A stretch of 64,000 nt of DNA from Neoconidiobolus thromboides FSU 785. Taxonomy: Eukaryota; Fungi; Entomophthoromycota. Position numbers and translations under genes: made by a program. How positions within the stretch are numbered: the stretch's first letter is position 1; each line of letters opens with the position of its first letter. The stretch lies in assembly GCA_025603075.1 (NCBI GenBank), contig MU626279.1:62001-126000 (forward strand), written 5' to 3'. The notes beneath the pieces are model-generated. The model was not told the origin of the DNA. It was given only the letters and a program-made list of their open reading frames with translations, and made no database searches. Positions 27,301 to 39,424 of the stretch are shown piece by piece.

Positions 27301-29586
27301 AATAGTAAAGCCCTTCATAAGTTTTGAAAGTTTCGAATAAATCGATTAAACGCTCTGCAGATAATAAATCAGAGTATTTGGAAGCTATTTGGATAACAAT
27401 TTGTAAGTTTTGACGGATATTATTTGCAAGCATCTCTTTCAAACACTCAATTGAATCCTCAACAGAAAGACGACCAAAATAATCAATAATCCATTCAGGC
27501 TTCAAAAGGTGGATGTTGACTATTACTCGTTTGATATCATAAAGATCAGTATAGTGCTCAAGTGCTCTTTGATAAAGGCCTGCTTTCTCACAAAGTGCTG
27601 CGACCGAAGTTTTGTCATAATGGCTGAACATTTCATTTCCAAGGATAGCATCAGCAACTTGTGGAGCATTTAATAAAGTCATTTCTAAAAGTCTTGTTTG
27701 GAGATGACCTTGATCAGGTTTATTTCCTTTAAGTGCATCTAAAAGGAATGAAGTGGCTGGTTGTATCATATTGAATTGTGAGAATATATCCATAACTCTT
27801 TCAATTTCAACCAAAGGCCCAGATTCGTCATTTACTAATAAAGAGGCAAACTCAGCACCCTTTTCCGGATTGACTCTCAAAATGTGAGAAAGTAAGAATA
27901 CATAATCAGGTTGGTATCCGGATTTTTTGGCATAAAGGATAATCTTTGGGAATTCGCCTAGCTCAGCAAAGGCATTTACTACTTTTTGGGAAACATTAGC
28001 ACGTAAATAAACAGATAAAGCTAAAGTAGTATCGAATTGTTTGATGATGTCACCTAATTCTTCGCTACAACTGAGTTTATTTTCTTTAAGCCATTTTTCT
28101 AATAATTGTTTACGACCTTGTTGGAGCACAGGACGAGCTAATTCAATAGATTCAAAACTATTTAACTCTCCCTTTTCTAACAAAATACCAAAGTATTGAA
28201 GAATTGGCGAAGTTTGCCCAGGGGTGACTGGGATTTGTTTGAATTGTTCAATTGTGCTTGGGGTCCTTAAGATACCATTAGGGGAAGTTGCTGCAACTTT
28301 GGCTGCTTCACTGAAGTTTCCGGAAGAAAATAATTGATTATACTTTTGAATATAAAGGTCTTCGGCTCCAGGTAAATTACATCTTGAAGCTAATCTAAGA
28401 GCTAGATCTATGTTGTTACTATTGTTCAATATATATGGAACAACTGTGCTTTCGTTAAGACTTACAGATAAAACCTGTCCTTTACGATTAACAGAAATTA
28501 TTCCACCTTGCTCCTCAAGTTCAGCTGTAACAAAAATAGTATCACCAGAAATTCTCCCGTAATAAATTAAGTCGCCATTTAAAAGATCATAGAGATGTAT
28601 AAAACCGTATTTAGTGACTAAATAAATAATTGATTGTTTTTCAACAATCTGCATTGCAACAGGGAAATCATTTGTGGCTTCTGGTGGGAAAAACAAATCA
28701 ACTTGTTTTTTAGTATATACTGGGTTTTGATCTTTGTGATCAATTTCGACAATATGTACTTTAGCTCCAGTTGCCGTACGGACAGCAAATGAGAATAATT
28801 TGGTATTTGAAGCTCCGCCATCTAGCTTAATTTCAGCGAAAGCTGCAGCATGAGCTTCGATAGGCTGACTTACATTTCTATCCTTATTATAGAGCTGCAT
28901 AGCACCTACAACTTTTCCGTCCTATTACCAAATTTTAATATTTATCATCAAATGAAGAAAACTACATACCTTAGCAGATATACCAATTAACATGGACCAG
29001 TTCATCTCTTTATTAGTACGGTAGTTGATAATTTGAGATCCGTTAAGACTTGAATGTCTTTCGAAGGCTTTTACTGGTTGGCTATCACCATCTAAAGACC
29101 AATGAAATACAAATCTCTCTGTTACTAAGCCTAAAGTTTTATCATTGACCCATTTCCAGAATACTACACTATCACTCATAAGATGAGATTTTAGCTTTGT
29201 TTTTGTTTCAAGATTGAATATTTGAAGTTGGTTTCCAGCTTTTTAATAAATTAGTAACTGATAATAGTTTATAACAAAATTTAATACCTTTTAAAGCAAT
29301 TATCTTCTCATTTAAGTGCATAATAGCGGAATCAGCAGTAATGGGACGTTTCAATAAGTTATTGACGTCTGAAAGATCAATAATTATTACTTGGTTTTGT
29401 TGTCCATCTTTTTCTCGAATACAGATGTATTTATCTGATTCCATGGTTAAGGTATTGAACCCAATGGCATCAGTGTTTACTCCAAGGGTTTGGAGCTAAA
29501 AGTCTTGATTTAGTTACACGAAAACATATCATTCTATAAATTACCTGGATATGTTCTCGAAAACGAATTGGTAAATTATCACCCAT
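24326..29586 (-). CDS. CHC1: Clathrin heavy chain
   Basis: [14 protein letters not shown] start; propeller exons ([27 protein letters not shown]); 1351-aa exon with CHCR repeats; ELAWRH C-terminal exon. Confidence 0.99.
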
Positions 29587-29806
29587 CTTTAAAAATGATA
29601 TTCAAAGTATAAATGAAATAAAAAAATAGTCAACTCTTTTTTTATTCAATATATAAATATTCACTTTATTGGAACAAATCATGGCACCAAATAAATACGC
29701 ATTCAATTATCATTGGAAGGATCATTTTTTTTACAATCCCATAAAATTCCAACTTTATTTTTTTTGTTTTTTAAGTTAGAATTCAATTTTATTTATAAAT
29801 TTAAAG

Positions 29807-30328
29807 ATGGGGATATTAGGCGCAACACGTATGGCTATGCCAATCGTAGAAGGATTAGCACGTAAAACTAAATTACCATGTGTCCACGATTTATGTGCGC
29901 GTGTACAAAATGGATACTCTGCCAAATTAAAAAATATCAGTGTACCAGAAACTAAAATGAACTTAGCTGTTTCTCAAATTTTATACCAACAAGGTTTTAT
30001 TTCTTCAATTGTAAGAGGGAACCATCTTGGTATTGATTATTCACCAACTACCCCTGATAATGTCGCCACTAGAAGATATTGGCTCGGGTTAAAATATTAT
30101 CAAAACTCACCCGTATTATCTTCAATGCGCGCAGTTTCTATACCATCTAGAAAGATTTTCGCAACTGCTCAAGAGTTTGAATATGTTGTTTCAGGAAGAA
30201 GAGTTGGAATTCTTTCCCCATTACAGCCTGGTGAGATTATCATTATAAATACAGAAAAAGGAGTTCTAGAAATCCATGATGCCGTTGAGTTAAAACTTGG
30301 AGGACAAGTATTATGTAGAGCTAAATAG
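29807..30328 (+). CDS. MRPS8: Mitochondrial ribosomal protein uS8m
   Basis: HDLCARVQNG, LYQQGFISS, WLGLKY, SIPSRKI, LGGQVLCRA are uS8 motifs; true start may be a downstream Met. Confidence 0.9.
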   Translation: MGILGATRMAMPIVEGLARKTKLPCVHDLCARVQNGYSAKLKNISVPETKMNLAVSQILYQQGFISSIVRGNHLGIDYSPTTPDNVATRRYWLGLKYYQNSPVLSSMRAVSIPSRKIFATAQEFEYVVSGRRVGILSPLQPGEIIIINTEKGVLEIHDAVELKLGGQVLCRAK

Positions 30329-31432
30329 AGTAATAGAGTAATTAAATTTCATAAAGAAGGCTATTTTGCTAAAATAATAAATCGTAGGTACATTTATTAA
30401 GAGAGATCATTGAGCTATTGCTTTGTTTGATAGATTTTTACTTTCAACTAATTTAAATAGGAAGCAAATAATAAATTTTTTATCGTTAAAAAGGAAAAAT
30501 ATACTTAAAACAGAAGTTTATGTGTTTACATAGTAAATGCATCAAGATATATTTATAAACTTTCTTTCTTTTAAAATATTTTGGATTGAGTCTTATTTGA
30601 ATGTTATATCATAAATTAAAATAGTCAATATATGATTGTAGTTTTATTTTAAACGATCATAGGAGCTAGAATTTAAATTTATTTCCTACCTACATATATG
30701 TATTATACATATTAAGTTGTAAATTAACTTTGATATTAACAAAGCTTAAGTGCTTATATAATCAGTGAATACTTATAAAGGATTATAGTTTTAATAAATG
30801 AGACGATACAATCATTAATATTATTTAAAATTATACATTGAATATCCTTAAAATGCATTGAATAGTCATTTGGTTTTTAATTATCACCACTGGATTGGGA
30901 CTATGTTAATAATAAGGAGCTATTTGATATATACAACTCCTGATTTTTTTAGTATATTATATATTATAACTATCAATTACAATTAAATAATAGTATTCTA
31001 ATTTAATAACATGCTCAACTATATGAAATTATTCTTCTTTATTAGCAACTTTTTGATTTCGAAATTGATTGATGCTAACAAATAGAAAGAACTAAAATAA
31101 ACCACCTTAAATTTTGATTTGCTCAATATTTTAAGTAGAGATGAAGCTACTAAATTTCTATATTCATTTTGTAAAGTAGTAATAATGTCTAGCTAGACCT
31201 TCTTTCTTTCAGGTCGTTTTAAAATTCACAAACGTCATTAAAGTAAGTTTTTATGATTGATAATATATGGTACCAGAATGGATAAAAAAAATTACGCCCG
31301 AAAGCGAAGAAACTTGAGTTGAGAAAAAGGATAACAAAAAATACATCCATCAAATATCAAGCGAATTAGATTACACAATGAAAATTAAATATAAAACTCG
31401 AATTTCAAGTGTGCTTACAATTTATTTAAAGA

Positions 31433-31813
31433 ATGGTTCAACGTCTTACTTACCGTCGTCGTCTCTCATACAACACCAAGTCAAACCGCGTTAATGTAGT
31501 AAAGACTCCAGGTGGTAAACTTGTTTATCATCACGTAAAGAAACCAGTAAAGAACGCCAGTTGTGGTGACTGCGGAGAACAACTCCAAGGTATCAAGGCT
31601 TTCCGCCCAAGAGAACTCTCTCAAGTTTCTAGACGTCATAAGACCGTTACCCGTGCTTATGGTGGTTCCCGTTGCGCTAACTGTGTCCGTAACAGGTAAG
31701 TTTTAAATTTTGTATAAAGTTTATTTGCTAATTTTTATAGAATCGTTCGTGCTTTCTTAATCGAAGAACAAAAGATCGTCAAGAAAGTTATCAAAGCCCA
31801 AACTAAAAACTAA
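31433..31813 (+). CDS. RPL34: 60S ribosomal protein L34 (eL34)
   Basis: MVQRLTYRRRLSYNTKSN...CGDCG...RAYGGSRCANCVRNR | IVRAFLIEEQKIVKKV; intron 31696-31740. Confidence 0.99.
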
Positions 31814-32515
31814 TTTAATAAGGTGAAGACCTAATAAATTTTTAAAATAAAATTGAGGATTTATTAAATAAATGGATAGTTGCATAAATCTAGGTAAATA
31901 AATGTAAATAAAATTATATTTAGATAAATTTTTGAAGGAGGCTAATATGCGAAATATAAAAAGATTTGGATAAAATGTGGATCAATACAGAGTTCCTGAA
32001 TATACAATATTTTGAGTTGCTTAAAGTTAGTGATAAACATCACTTGGAAAGATAAAATTCAATATTGTAGAGCTTAGTATAGAATTTACTAGTTAAGTTA
32101 GTCTATTTTAATTTCATGTTTATTTTTAAAATAACTATTTAAATTTTCATCGAAATCAGACTTTTAGATCTTACTAAATAATAAGCAAATTTTTGTACTT
32201 ATATTTTTTCTAAAAAGTTAATAAATGTTTAAATCAATTATTGAATTTGTCATTACTTTACTTCTATTTTAATGATATATCACTGTTTTTCTTTATGGTA
32301 TTTGTGCAATAAATAGTATTGAATCATTGATTTTAGTTACCTTTATTACTATTCATTAAAACTAAAGTCAAGATATAACTTTAAATCAGTATTTGCTACT
32401 TTTTATAATATTTACAATAGAATAAAATATATAGATCTATCCCTAAAAGTATAAAGTGTTATTTGTATTAAATAGCTTAAATATAAAATTATTTTACAAA
32501 AGTAGTGAAAACACT

Positions 32516-32619
32516 GTTTAGGGATGTATTTTTGTATTTAAGAACTTTACTAACAATTTTTCCACTTAAATAGCACTTAAAAAATGGAAAAAGTAATGAA
32601 ACCAAAAAACATTCTCATT
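32516..32619 (-). mobile_element. MITE family A copy
   Basis: gggatgtatttttgtatttaag...ttttccacttaaatagcacttaaaaaatggaaaaagtaatgaaaccaaaaaacattctcat. Confidence 0.85.
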
Positions 32620-32871
32620 TGCTAATTATGTTAAGGTTTTATAGTTTATTTTTTAATTACTAAAATATTAAAAAACATAATTTACAAAGTATTTTTTTCA
32701 ATAGTTTAATTAGTAATCTTTTAATTTTCTACTGCTTAAAAAGTTTAGAACCATTATTTAGAGTTAAAAAAAATTATAAAAAAAATTTATTAAAAAGGTT
32801 TTATTAATTTGGTAACAAATTTATTGCTTTTTGTGAAATATAAATTTATATATAATTGAAAGCTGATAAAA

Positions 32872-32978
32872 ATATGGGGATGACTTTTTTGGCTTGATTA
32901 CTTTTTCCATCTTTTAAATGTTATTTGAGTAGAAAAACTGTTAGTAAAATTCTTAAACATAAAAATGTATCCCCATAT
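32872..32978 (+). mobile_element. MITE family A copy
   Basis: atatggggatg...ttagtaaaattcttaaacataaaaatgtatccccatat; near-perfect TIRs. Confidence 0.88.
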
Positions 32979-33680
32979 ATTAATAATTTGTTATAAATTA
33001 TAATATTGTAATAAAAAACAAAATATTTCATTAATAAAGTTTTTACGTAATAAACTTATGCAGATAATTGATAAATTTGGTTGTTTTTTAAACTTACTTT
33101 TAAGTATAATCAATAGTTTTTTTATAACTACTAATTAAAATAATAGTAGTATCACTTTTTTAAACAAATTATATGCTAATGGATTAAACAAGTTTAATTA
33201 AAAGCTTAAAATATCATTAATTATGAAGTTTATACAAATTTGATGAAAAAAATTTCAAGATTGAACTGGATTAGTTTTATTTTATTTTATTTTATATTTT
33301 AAATTTGTTAAAATCTTTAATAGCTGGATTTAATGATCATGATAGTTACTTATTTTTTATTGAACAATTTTTTATATCTGCATTAATTAACAATACCAGA
33401 GTTTTGGTTTTAAAATAAAATTTAGTCGCTGATAATAAACAGTCGACTTAGTAAACAGCTATTATTAGCCAGCTTATCATTTTTAATAATAATTTAAAAA
33501 ACAAATTAAATCAAATAAAGAGCAGTCAGCTGGTAACTGTATACTTTTCTTTAAATCAAGGTAATTTCTAATATTAGCTGAATAATACCATTTTTTTATG
33601 ATTAAAAAAAAGTGTATTGTTGTTTTAGCTTTTTATTAAAACAATTACTGTATTTATTAATAATAAATATATTTGAGTTA

Positions 33681-34144
33681 TGTGAAATCTGGTACTCAGT
33701 GTTTGGAGTCAAAAACAGCTATTGCTTGGTTGACTACATTATAAGTTGAAAGGTCTTAGTTTATGTGACTAAGATAGACTTGAATTACGAAGAATAGCAC
33801 ATAATAGGCTACAGACTATATAAGACAAATAGAATAGACAATACTAATGTAAAATCTACGTGAAATACTATTAAGAAAACTTAGTGGCTTTATCAAATGT
33901 TCGAGATATCAAGGAATAATTCAGTTAAAAAGCCTCGAGATATTATGTTTTAAAATCTCTTTTATACTCCGATAAGTATAAATATCAAAACGAGAGGATA
34001 ATATTCTTTGAGACGAAGATAGAAATTCTCTTAGCAAATCAGAATAAGAGCATGGGACTAATTGTCTCTATAATCGAGAGCACAACAGCTTAGGTGATTA
34101 TTATGCTACAATTAACCATGGGGCTGACAAAGCGATATTTCACA
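33681..34144 (+). mobile_element. Solo-LTR-like element, copy A (464 bp) with 4-bp TSD GTTA
   Basis: Starts TGTGAAAT, ends ATTTCACA (TG...CA, 8-bp inverted termini); flanked by GTTA at 33677-33680 and 34145-34148; homologous over its full length to the reverse complement of 42140-42601. Strand is arbitrary. Confidence 0.8.
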
Positions 34145-34298
34145 GTTAATTACAAAATTTACTTAAAAACTAATTTAAATTTCGAGTTTTTAAACTTACA
34201 AGTCCTTAGTATATAATTAGTTGACTTTAAAAAGCTTAAAATTAAATTTTCTAAATTAAACTTTATATTACTTTTATCAAATATATAATAAATATATA

Positions 34299-34405
34299 AC
34301 ATGGCAGTGTTTTTTTTGGCTTCATTACTTTTTCTATTTTTTAAGCGCTATTTGAGTGGAAAATTTGTTAGTAAAATTCTTAAACACAAAAATACATCCC
34401 CATAT
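34299..34405 (+). mobile_element. MITE family A copy
   Basis: ttttttggcttcattactttttctattttttaagcgctatttgagtggaaaatttgttagtaaaattcttaaacacaaaaatacatccccatat (close to consensus). Confidence 0.9.
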
Positions 34406-34503
34406 GTTATTTCTATAGATTAAAACTTATTACTTTATAACCAGTTAATTAAATTAAAACTTTTAGCTTTAACTACAACATACTGAATTTTCTAAATTTT
34501 AAT

Positions 34504-34609
34504 ATATGGGGGTATATTTTTATGTTTAAGAATTTTACTAACAAATTTTCCACTCAAATAGCGCTTAAAAAATAGAAAAAGTAATGAAGCCAAAAAAACA
34601 TCCCCATAT
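34504..34609 (-). mobile_element. MITE family A copy (inverted partner of 34299-34405)
   Basis: atatgggggtatatttt...ttttccactcaaatagcgcttaaaaaatagaaaaagtaatgaagccaaaaaaacatccccatat. Confidence 0.9.
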
Positions 34610-34866
34610 CAAAATTGCTTAAAAAGTTTGTTGTTGAAAAGTCGCTAAAATAGGTTGATAATTTAGAATATGAATGAAACTCATGCTGAAAAATTAATAT
34701 TTTCAATAGTATAACTTATTAATAGCTCTTAAGAAATAAACAGGAAATAGTACAAATCATATAGAAGCAACCATTTTATTTCTAAAGGGATGCTATTTGT
34801 TTAACATATATAATAGTAGTTTAAAATATAAAAGATTAGTACTAATAAACGCGCCTTATGAGTAGT

Positions 34867-35292
34867 CTAATCGATCGTGACTCCAGCCGTACCTGTGGTA
34901 GTATAATTGCCCAAATTGACAATCTGATAGAACTCATAACAAAACATACCATGAATAAGCACCATTGTTACTTCAGCTGGTATATGTTTGATTAAATTGA
35001 AAGTGATCAAGTCTTTACTATTTAATAATAAAGTGATCATCATAGAAGAATAGCCCATAAGTACCAAAGCCACTTGTTTACGTAATGTACTCTTTTCGTC
35101 TACATGCCCTGTATAGATACTTAATAATGAAATGGCGCATACCGCTACACCAAAACTTCTAACTAAAAATAAGGTGGCTACATTATCAAGGTCTAAGCCT
35201 TTAATTGGTAAATAGGATGGGAATAGATAGGCTATGATTCCTAATGGTAATTCACAAAGTCCACGGCCAGTAAATGTATTAAGTTCAATCAT
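34867..35292 (-). CDS. Hypothetical small multi-pass membrane protein
   Basis: Intronless 141-aa ORF, GC content above the intergenic background, about 4 hydrophobic segments; no family recognised. Confidence 0.7.
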   Translation of the reverse strand: MIELNTFTGRGLCELPLGIIAYLFPSYLPIKGLDLDNVATLFLVRSFGVAVCAISLLSIYTGHVDEKSTLRKQVALVLMGYSSMMITLLLNSKDLITFNLIKHIPAEVTMVLIHGMFCYEFYQIVNLGNYTTTGTAGVTID

Positions 35293-35563
35293 TTTTATTT
35301 AATTTCGGAATGTATGTTTTGCTTTATAAAAAAGTAAAGTTAAGTTTGAAATTTTACTTTATATTGCTTCGAACTTTAATTTAATTTCGGGTCATCTGAC
35401 TAAAATGGTAATTTTTATTGGTATGCTAACGATACCATAAATTTTTATTTGCCAAATTCTATAGTTAAAATTCAGCTAAATTTACATTGAATAGTAATAG
35501 TAATACAAAATATAATAAATAATTCAAAAAATTAAAATTTATTATAATATTACTACAATGAAG

Positions 35564-36452
35564 CTACCAAGAAGCACCTAGTTTATTACTGTCATTTTTA
35601 ATTGTAATTTTAGAACTAAAGTATTGACCTAAAAGCAATAAATAACTGCTAAAAAATATTTTTACTAATAATTACCTGGAACCTCCACTGTTAATAACTT
35701 ATAATCCCACCCGTCTTTAGCTTTGTTTTCGATACAATGCACATAAACGACACCATGGCTATCCTTTTCACCTTCAATATAATATTTCATTATCATATTT
35801 TTTTTTTGCTCCTTATCTGTAAATAATTGATAGCTAAATAATATTACTGTAAATGAGTTTACTTATTTTAATAATGAGCTTTTACTCTGGTTTTCTATCC
35901 CTTCTTCTTCTACTTCTTGGGTCCGCATGACCAGTAACATCATTACCGAAAATCTTTTGAACCTAATCAACGTAAATTAAAAATGAGATTAATCTACCTT
36001 ATTAAGCTCACTCTATTGTTTTCTTGAATTAACTCTAAACTTTGATTAAACACTTCCCAAATTGATGACTTAAATAGTTCACTATACAACCCCATACCAA
36101 CAACTATGGTAAGTAGTGATCCAAGCGTTACTAAGCCTAAACTTACACCCCAAGTTATAAACCTTTTACCTGAGACGTTCAGTATTATTTAATAATATTC
36201 AGTTAGTTTGTTACCTTGATTCATCCCCTTTGTTATTGCATTGTTTATTTTTTGTTTATTACTATTGGCATTGTTATTTGGTGTAGCTGCATTTGCTTTA
36301 TTTGTTAATGAATCCAGGTTAATGCTGGATCCCAGGATACTAAATAGAATTGTTATTTTAACAATTGTGTTATTATTAGTGTGCGTTAATTACATCTTTC
36401 TTCGGGATCTATTATTCAATAGACGTAAACTTTTGGATACTAATGTGGTCAT
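35564..36452 (-). CDS. TIM21: Mitochondrial import inner membrane translocase subunit TIM21
   Basis: Manual splicing: Arg/Ser-rich presequence MTTLVSKSLRLLNNRSRRK; one transmembrane segment (WGVSLGLVTLGSLLTIVVGMGLYSELF); VQKIFGNDVTGHADPRSRRRR; MKYYIEGEKDSHGVVYV...GWDYKLLTVEVP. Confidence 0.85.
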
Positions 36453-36563
36453 TTTTCTAATTGGTTGAAAAATAAAATTTTGAAAAACAATTCATCTTTA
36501 GTTTTAGATTCAATTTTAGTTGCTTTATTTTAAAAATATTAAGAGTAAAACAAATAATAAAAG

Positions 36564-38026
36564 ATGGTCACTCATTCTGGAATCCAAGGTAGTGTTGAGT
36601 AGGAGCAATAGATAAATGTTTAATATTTAATATTTATTAGTTGCAGATAAATTAATTGAAGCCTTAAACGAACCTTATCAAGTTATTGTTGCAAAAATAA
36701 GTGAGGTGGAATCTGAAGAGACAAGTAATAAAGAGTTAAAAGTAACTTTAGAATATGTAAAAAATGAACAAGAAGATAAAAAAAGTAAGCTAATAAACAA
36801 ATATATTAAGTCAAGACAATTAAGTTTAAAAAAAGTTAATTTTGACGAGTTTAGTTATTTAAAAGGAAAAGAATGTTTCTATTTATTTATTAAGCTAAAC
36901 CAACTCAATTATTCTTTTTTTGTTAACTTTATTAATGAGGAGTGTATGGTATGTTGAATTTATTAGTAACAAGACCACTTTTTTAATTTTGCATTTTATT
37001 TAGGTTCGAGAGAAAATGTTGTATGCTTCAACACAAAGTAACTTACTTAAAGAAATAGGTGAAAATAGGTTCGACATCAAATTGAGATTAAGTGAAAAGG
37101 TAAGTTATTTAATTTATGTCATACATTTTATTAATCATTATAACAAAAGGAAGAGCTAAACTATTCCAGTTTAGTTAGTTATACCAAAAATGAGGAAGAA
37201 AATAGTAATGAGAGTACTACCAAAGAAGTAACTTTATTTTTATATTTAAGATATGATATAGCTTATAAATTTATACTAGTTAATTACTAACTTTGTTGAT
37301 ACTACTACTAAAAATGTATTAAGTAAGTTTGAAGTAAAATATGATATAGAGGTAGAAAAAGGGATTCAAAGCTATATTGATAAATCTGTTTTTTGGTTTT
37401 TCTTGGTACTATTTTGTTTTATAAGAATAAAAATTATATTTATTTATATGCTTACTAACATATCAAATAACTGACAGAGTATCAATCCTAATGATGAAGC
37501 TATTCACTGTTCGATACCAGAAGACAGTGTCATTTTAGATGTCACTAATTTAATTTATTTATTTCCAACAGATACACCAAGTTATGTCGTTTATAAATAT
37601 CAATTAAATGAAACTTTTTACAATGGTAATTTTAATATAAAATATTGATTATTTTTAATTTTTAATTTAAGTGTTTATTTACTCATGCCCAAGTAAAAGT
37701 TTACTTAAAGACAAAATGTTATATTCGTCCACACGTAATGCCATTGTTAATAAGTTAAATCAACACGGCATAAAGTTAGATATTAAGGTAATCTAGCTTG
37801 TAGCTAATAGTAATTGAAAGTGATATTTTGTTTATAGATTGAAATTGATGATCCTTATGAATTAAATGAAAATGAAATTAAAGAGCGTATCCCAAAACAA
37901 AAGGAAGAAGATATCACAGCCACTACTAATTTTATTAGTGATACCCCTAAGTTTCAAGTTCAAAAGCCAGAATCAAAAAGTGGAACTGGCCCAAGGCCAC
38001 GCTCTAGAAAACCTAAAAATCTTTGA
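36564..38026 (+). CDS. TWF1: Twinfilin (two ADF-H domains)
   Basis: MVTHSGIQ start; REKMLYASTQSNLLKEIG; FIYSCPSKSLLKDKMLYSS; IEIDDPYEL; basic C-terminal tail KFQVQKP...GPRPRSRK. Confidence 0.88.
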
Positions 38027-39011
38027 AGTTAAGTTTTATTATTATTGTTTTCTATAACCTACCAAAAAATAAAACAAACTAGTTAATTTTTATTACTACA
38101 ATAACTAATTATTAAACCATTAAATCATGTATAAGGCTTCGAGCTATTTATTAAATGATGAAAATGTTGTTTATATTTTATGTTTTAAAGTATATAGTTG
38201 ATTTGTATTAATAAGTTTTCGCTATATAACTAATGAAGTTTTATATTTTGGAATAAATTGAATGATATCACAAAACACAAAAGAATAATAGTTTGATAGA
38301 GCTAGAGCTGAACAATATAATAGATTGTCAATGGTTTTTTGTAACGTCATTTGATCTTTTATAGTGTAAATTTCTGTGTCTGTGTATAAGTGTTAGTGGC
38401 TATAATAAAACTGATATTTAAAAGATATATTAAATATGACATAAAAGTTAATATCGGAAAATAGATAAATTTATTTGGAATATCTCTAAAATAACAGTTA
38501 TCTGTTCGGTGCTTGGAAAAGTAACCTTGAATGTTTTTTCTGGGTCTTGGCTTTATATTTCTAATAACTATAGATTCTACAATGATTTCTTTGTAAGGAG
38601 TTTTTTTATTCCTACATAAATAAGCGTATTACTAATATTTTCGGCCAATGAGTATTTTAGAGAAAAACAACAGCTTACCATACATTAAAACTCCAATTTT
38701 GAATCACCTAATTAAACTAATGTTGTATAAAAAATACTTCATGTTAACATGAGCATAGGTGTCAGATTTGGGTTTTATCAAGAAACAAATGATCATTAAA
38801 ATTAGATACTATTAATTCAATTTGAACATATAATTGAGTGGAAAATAATGGACCTATGTGACTTTTCAATTGTTAGAATTTATAATTCGTAAAAATAGTG
38901 ACAACTAATCAAACATTTAAATTCACATTATTTATACTCAATTAATAGTCTCTATTAAAACTTGCACCAGCTGTTAGGAGGTTGAATGTATCTATTATCT
39001 TGTACTTAGTT

Positions 39012-39117
39012 ATATGGGAGTGTTTTTTTGATTTCATTACTTTTTCTATTTTTTAAGCACTATTTAAGCGGAAAATTTGATAGTAAAATTCTTGAATACA
39101 AAAATACATCCTCATAT
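39012..39117 (+). mobile_element. MITE family A copy upstream of the P450 gene
   Basis: atatgggagtgttttttt...aagcactatttaagcggaaaatttgatagtaaaattcttgaatacaaaaatacatcctcatat. Confidence 0.88.
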
Positions 39118-39424
39118 GTTTAAATCGAATTAGTAGTAACTGATTAAAATAGCATAAATTAACATATTAAATTTTATTTTACCATTAGAAATGTACGTAA
39201 AATTCCTTTTTAAATGTTGATGCTAGTTTAAGGGGTCGATAAGCTAAGGCGGCATTTTACTATAAGGTTTCAATTTTAAGTTACCCCGTTTTATTACATA
39301 AACTAAGGATCATAATGATCATATTTTGACATCGGGTAAAGATAAACAATTAAATTCCGGCTGATGTTATCATAACTACCTATAGTATATAAATCAATAA
39401 ATAAGATAATCATCAAACAATCAA

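Noticed and set aside
26751-28821. Short plus-strand ORFs (26751-26933, 28618-28821)
   Set aside because: Antisense shadows within the clathrin heavy chain.
33425-33475. Imperfect hairpin gctgataata...tattattagc
   Set aside because: Short AT-rich stem expected by chance; no second copy found.
36241-36468. 75-aa hydrophobic plus-strand ORF
   Set aside because: Antisense to TIM21 exons 1-2.
38150-38800. Possible pseudogene relic on the minus strand
   Set aside because: Short open stretches interrupted by several stops; no family recognisable without a search.
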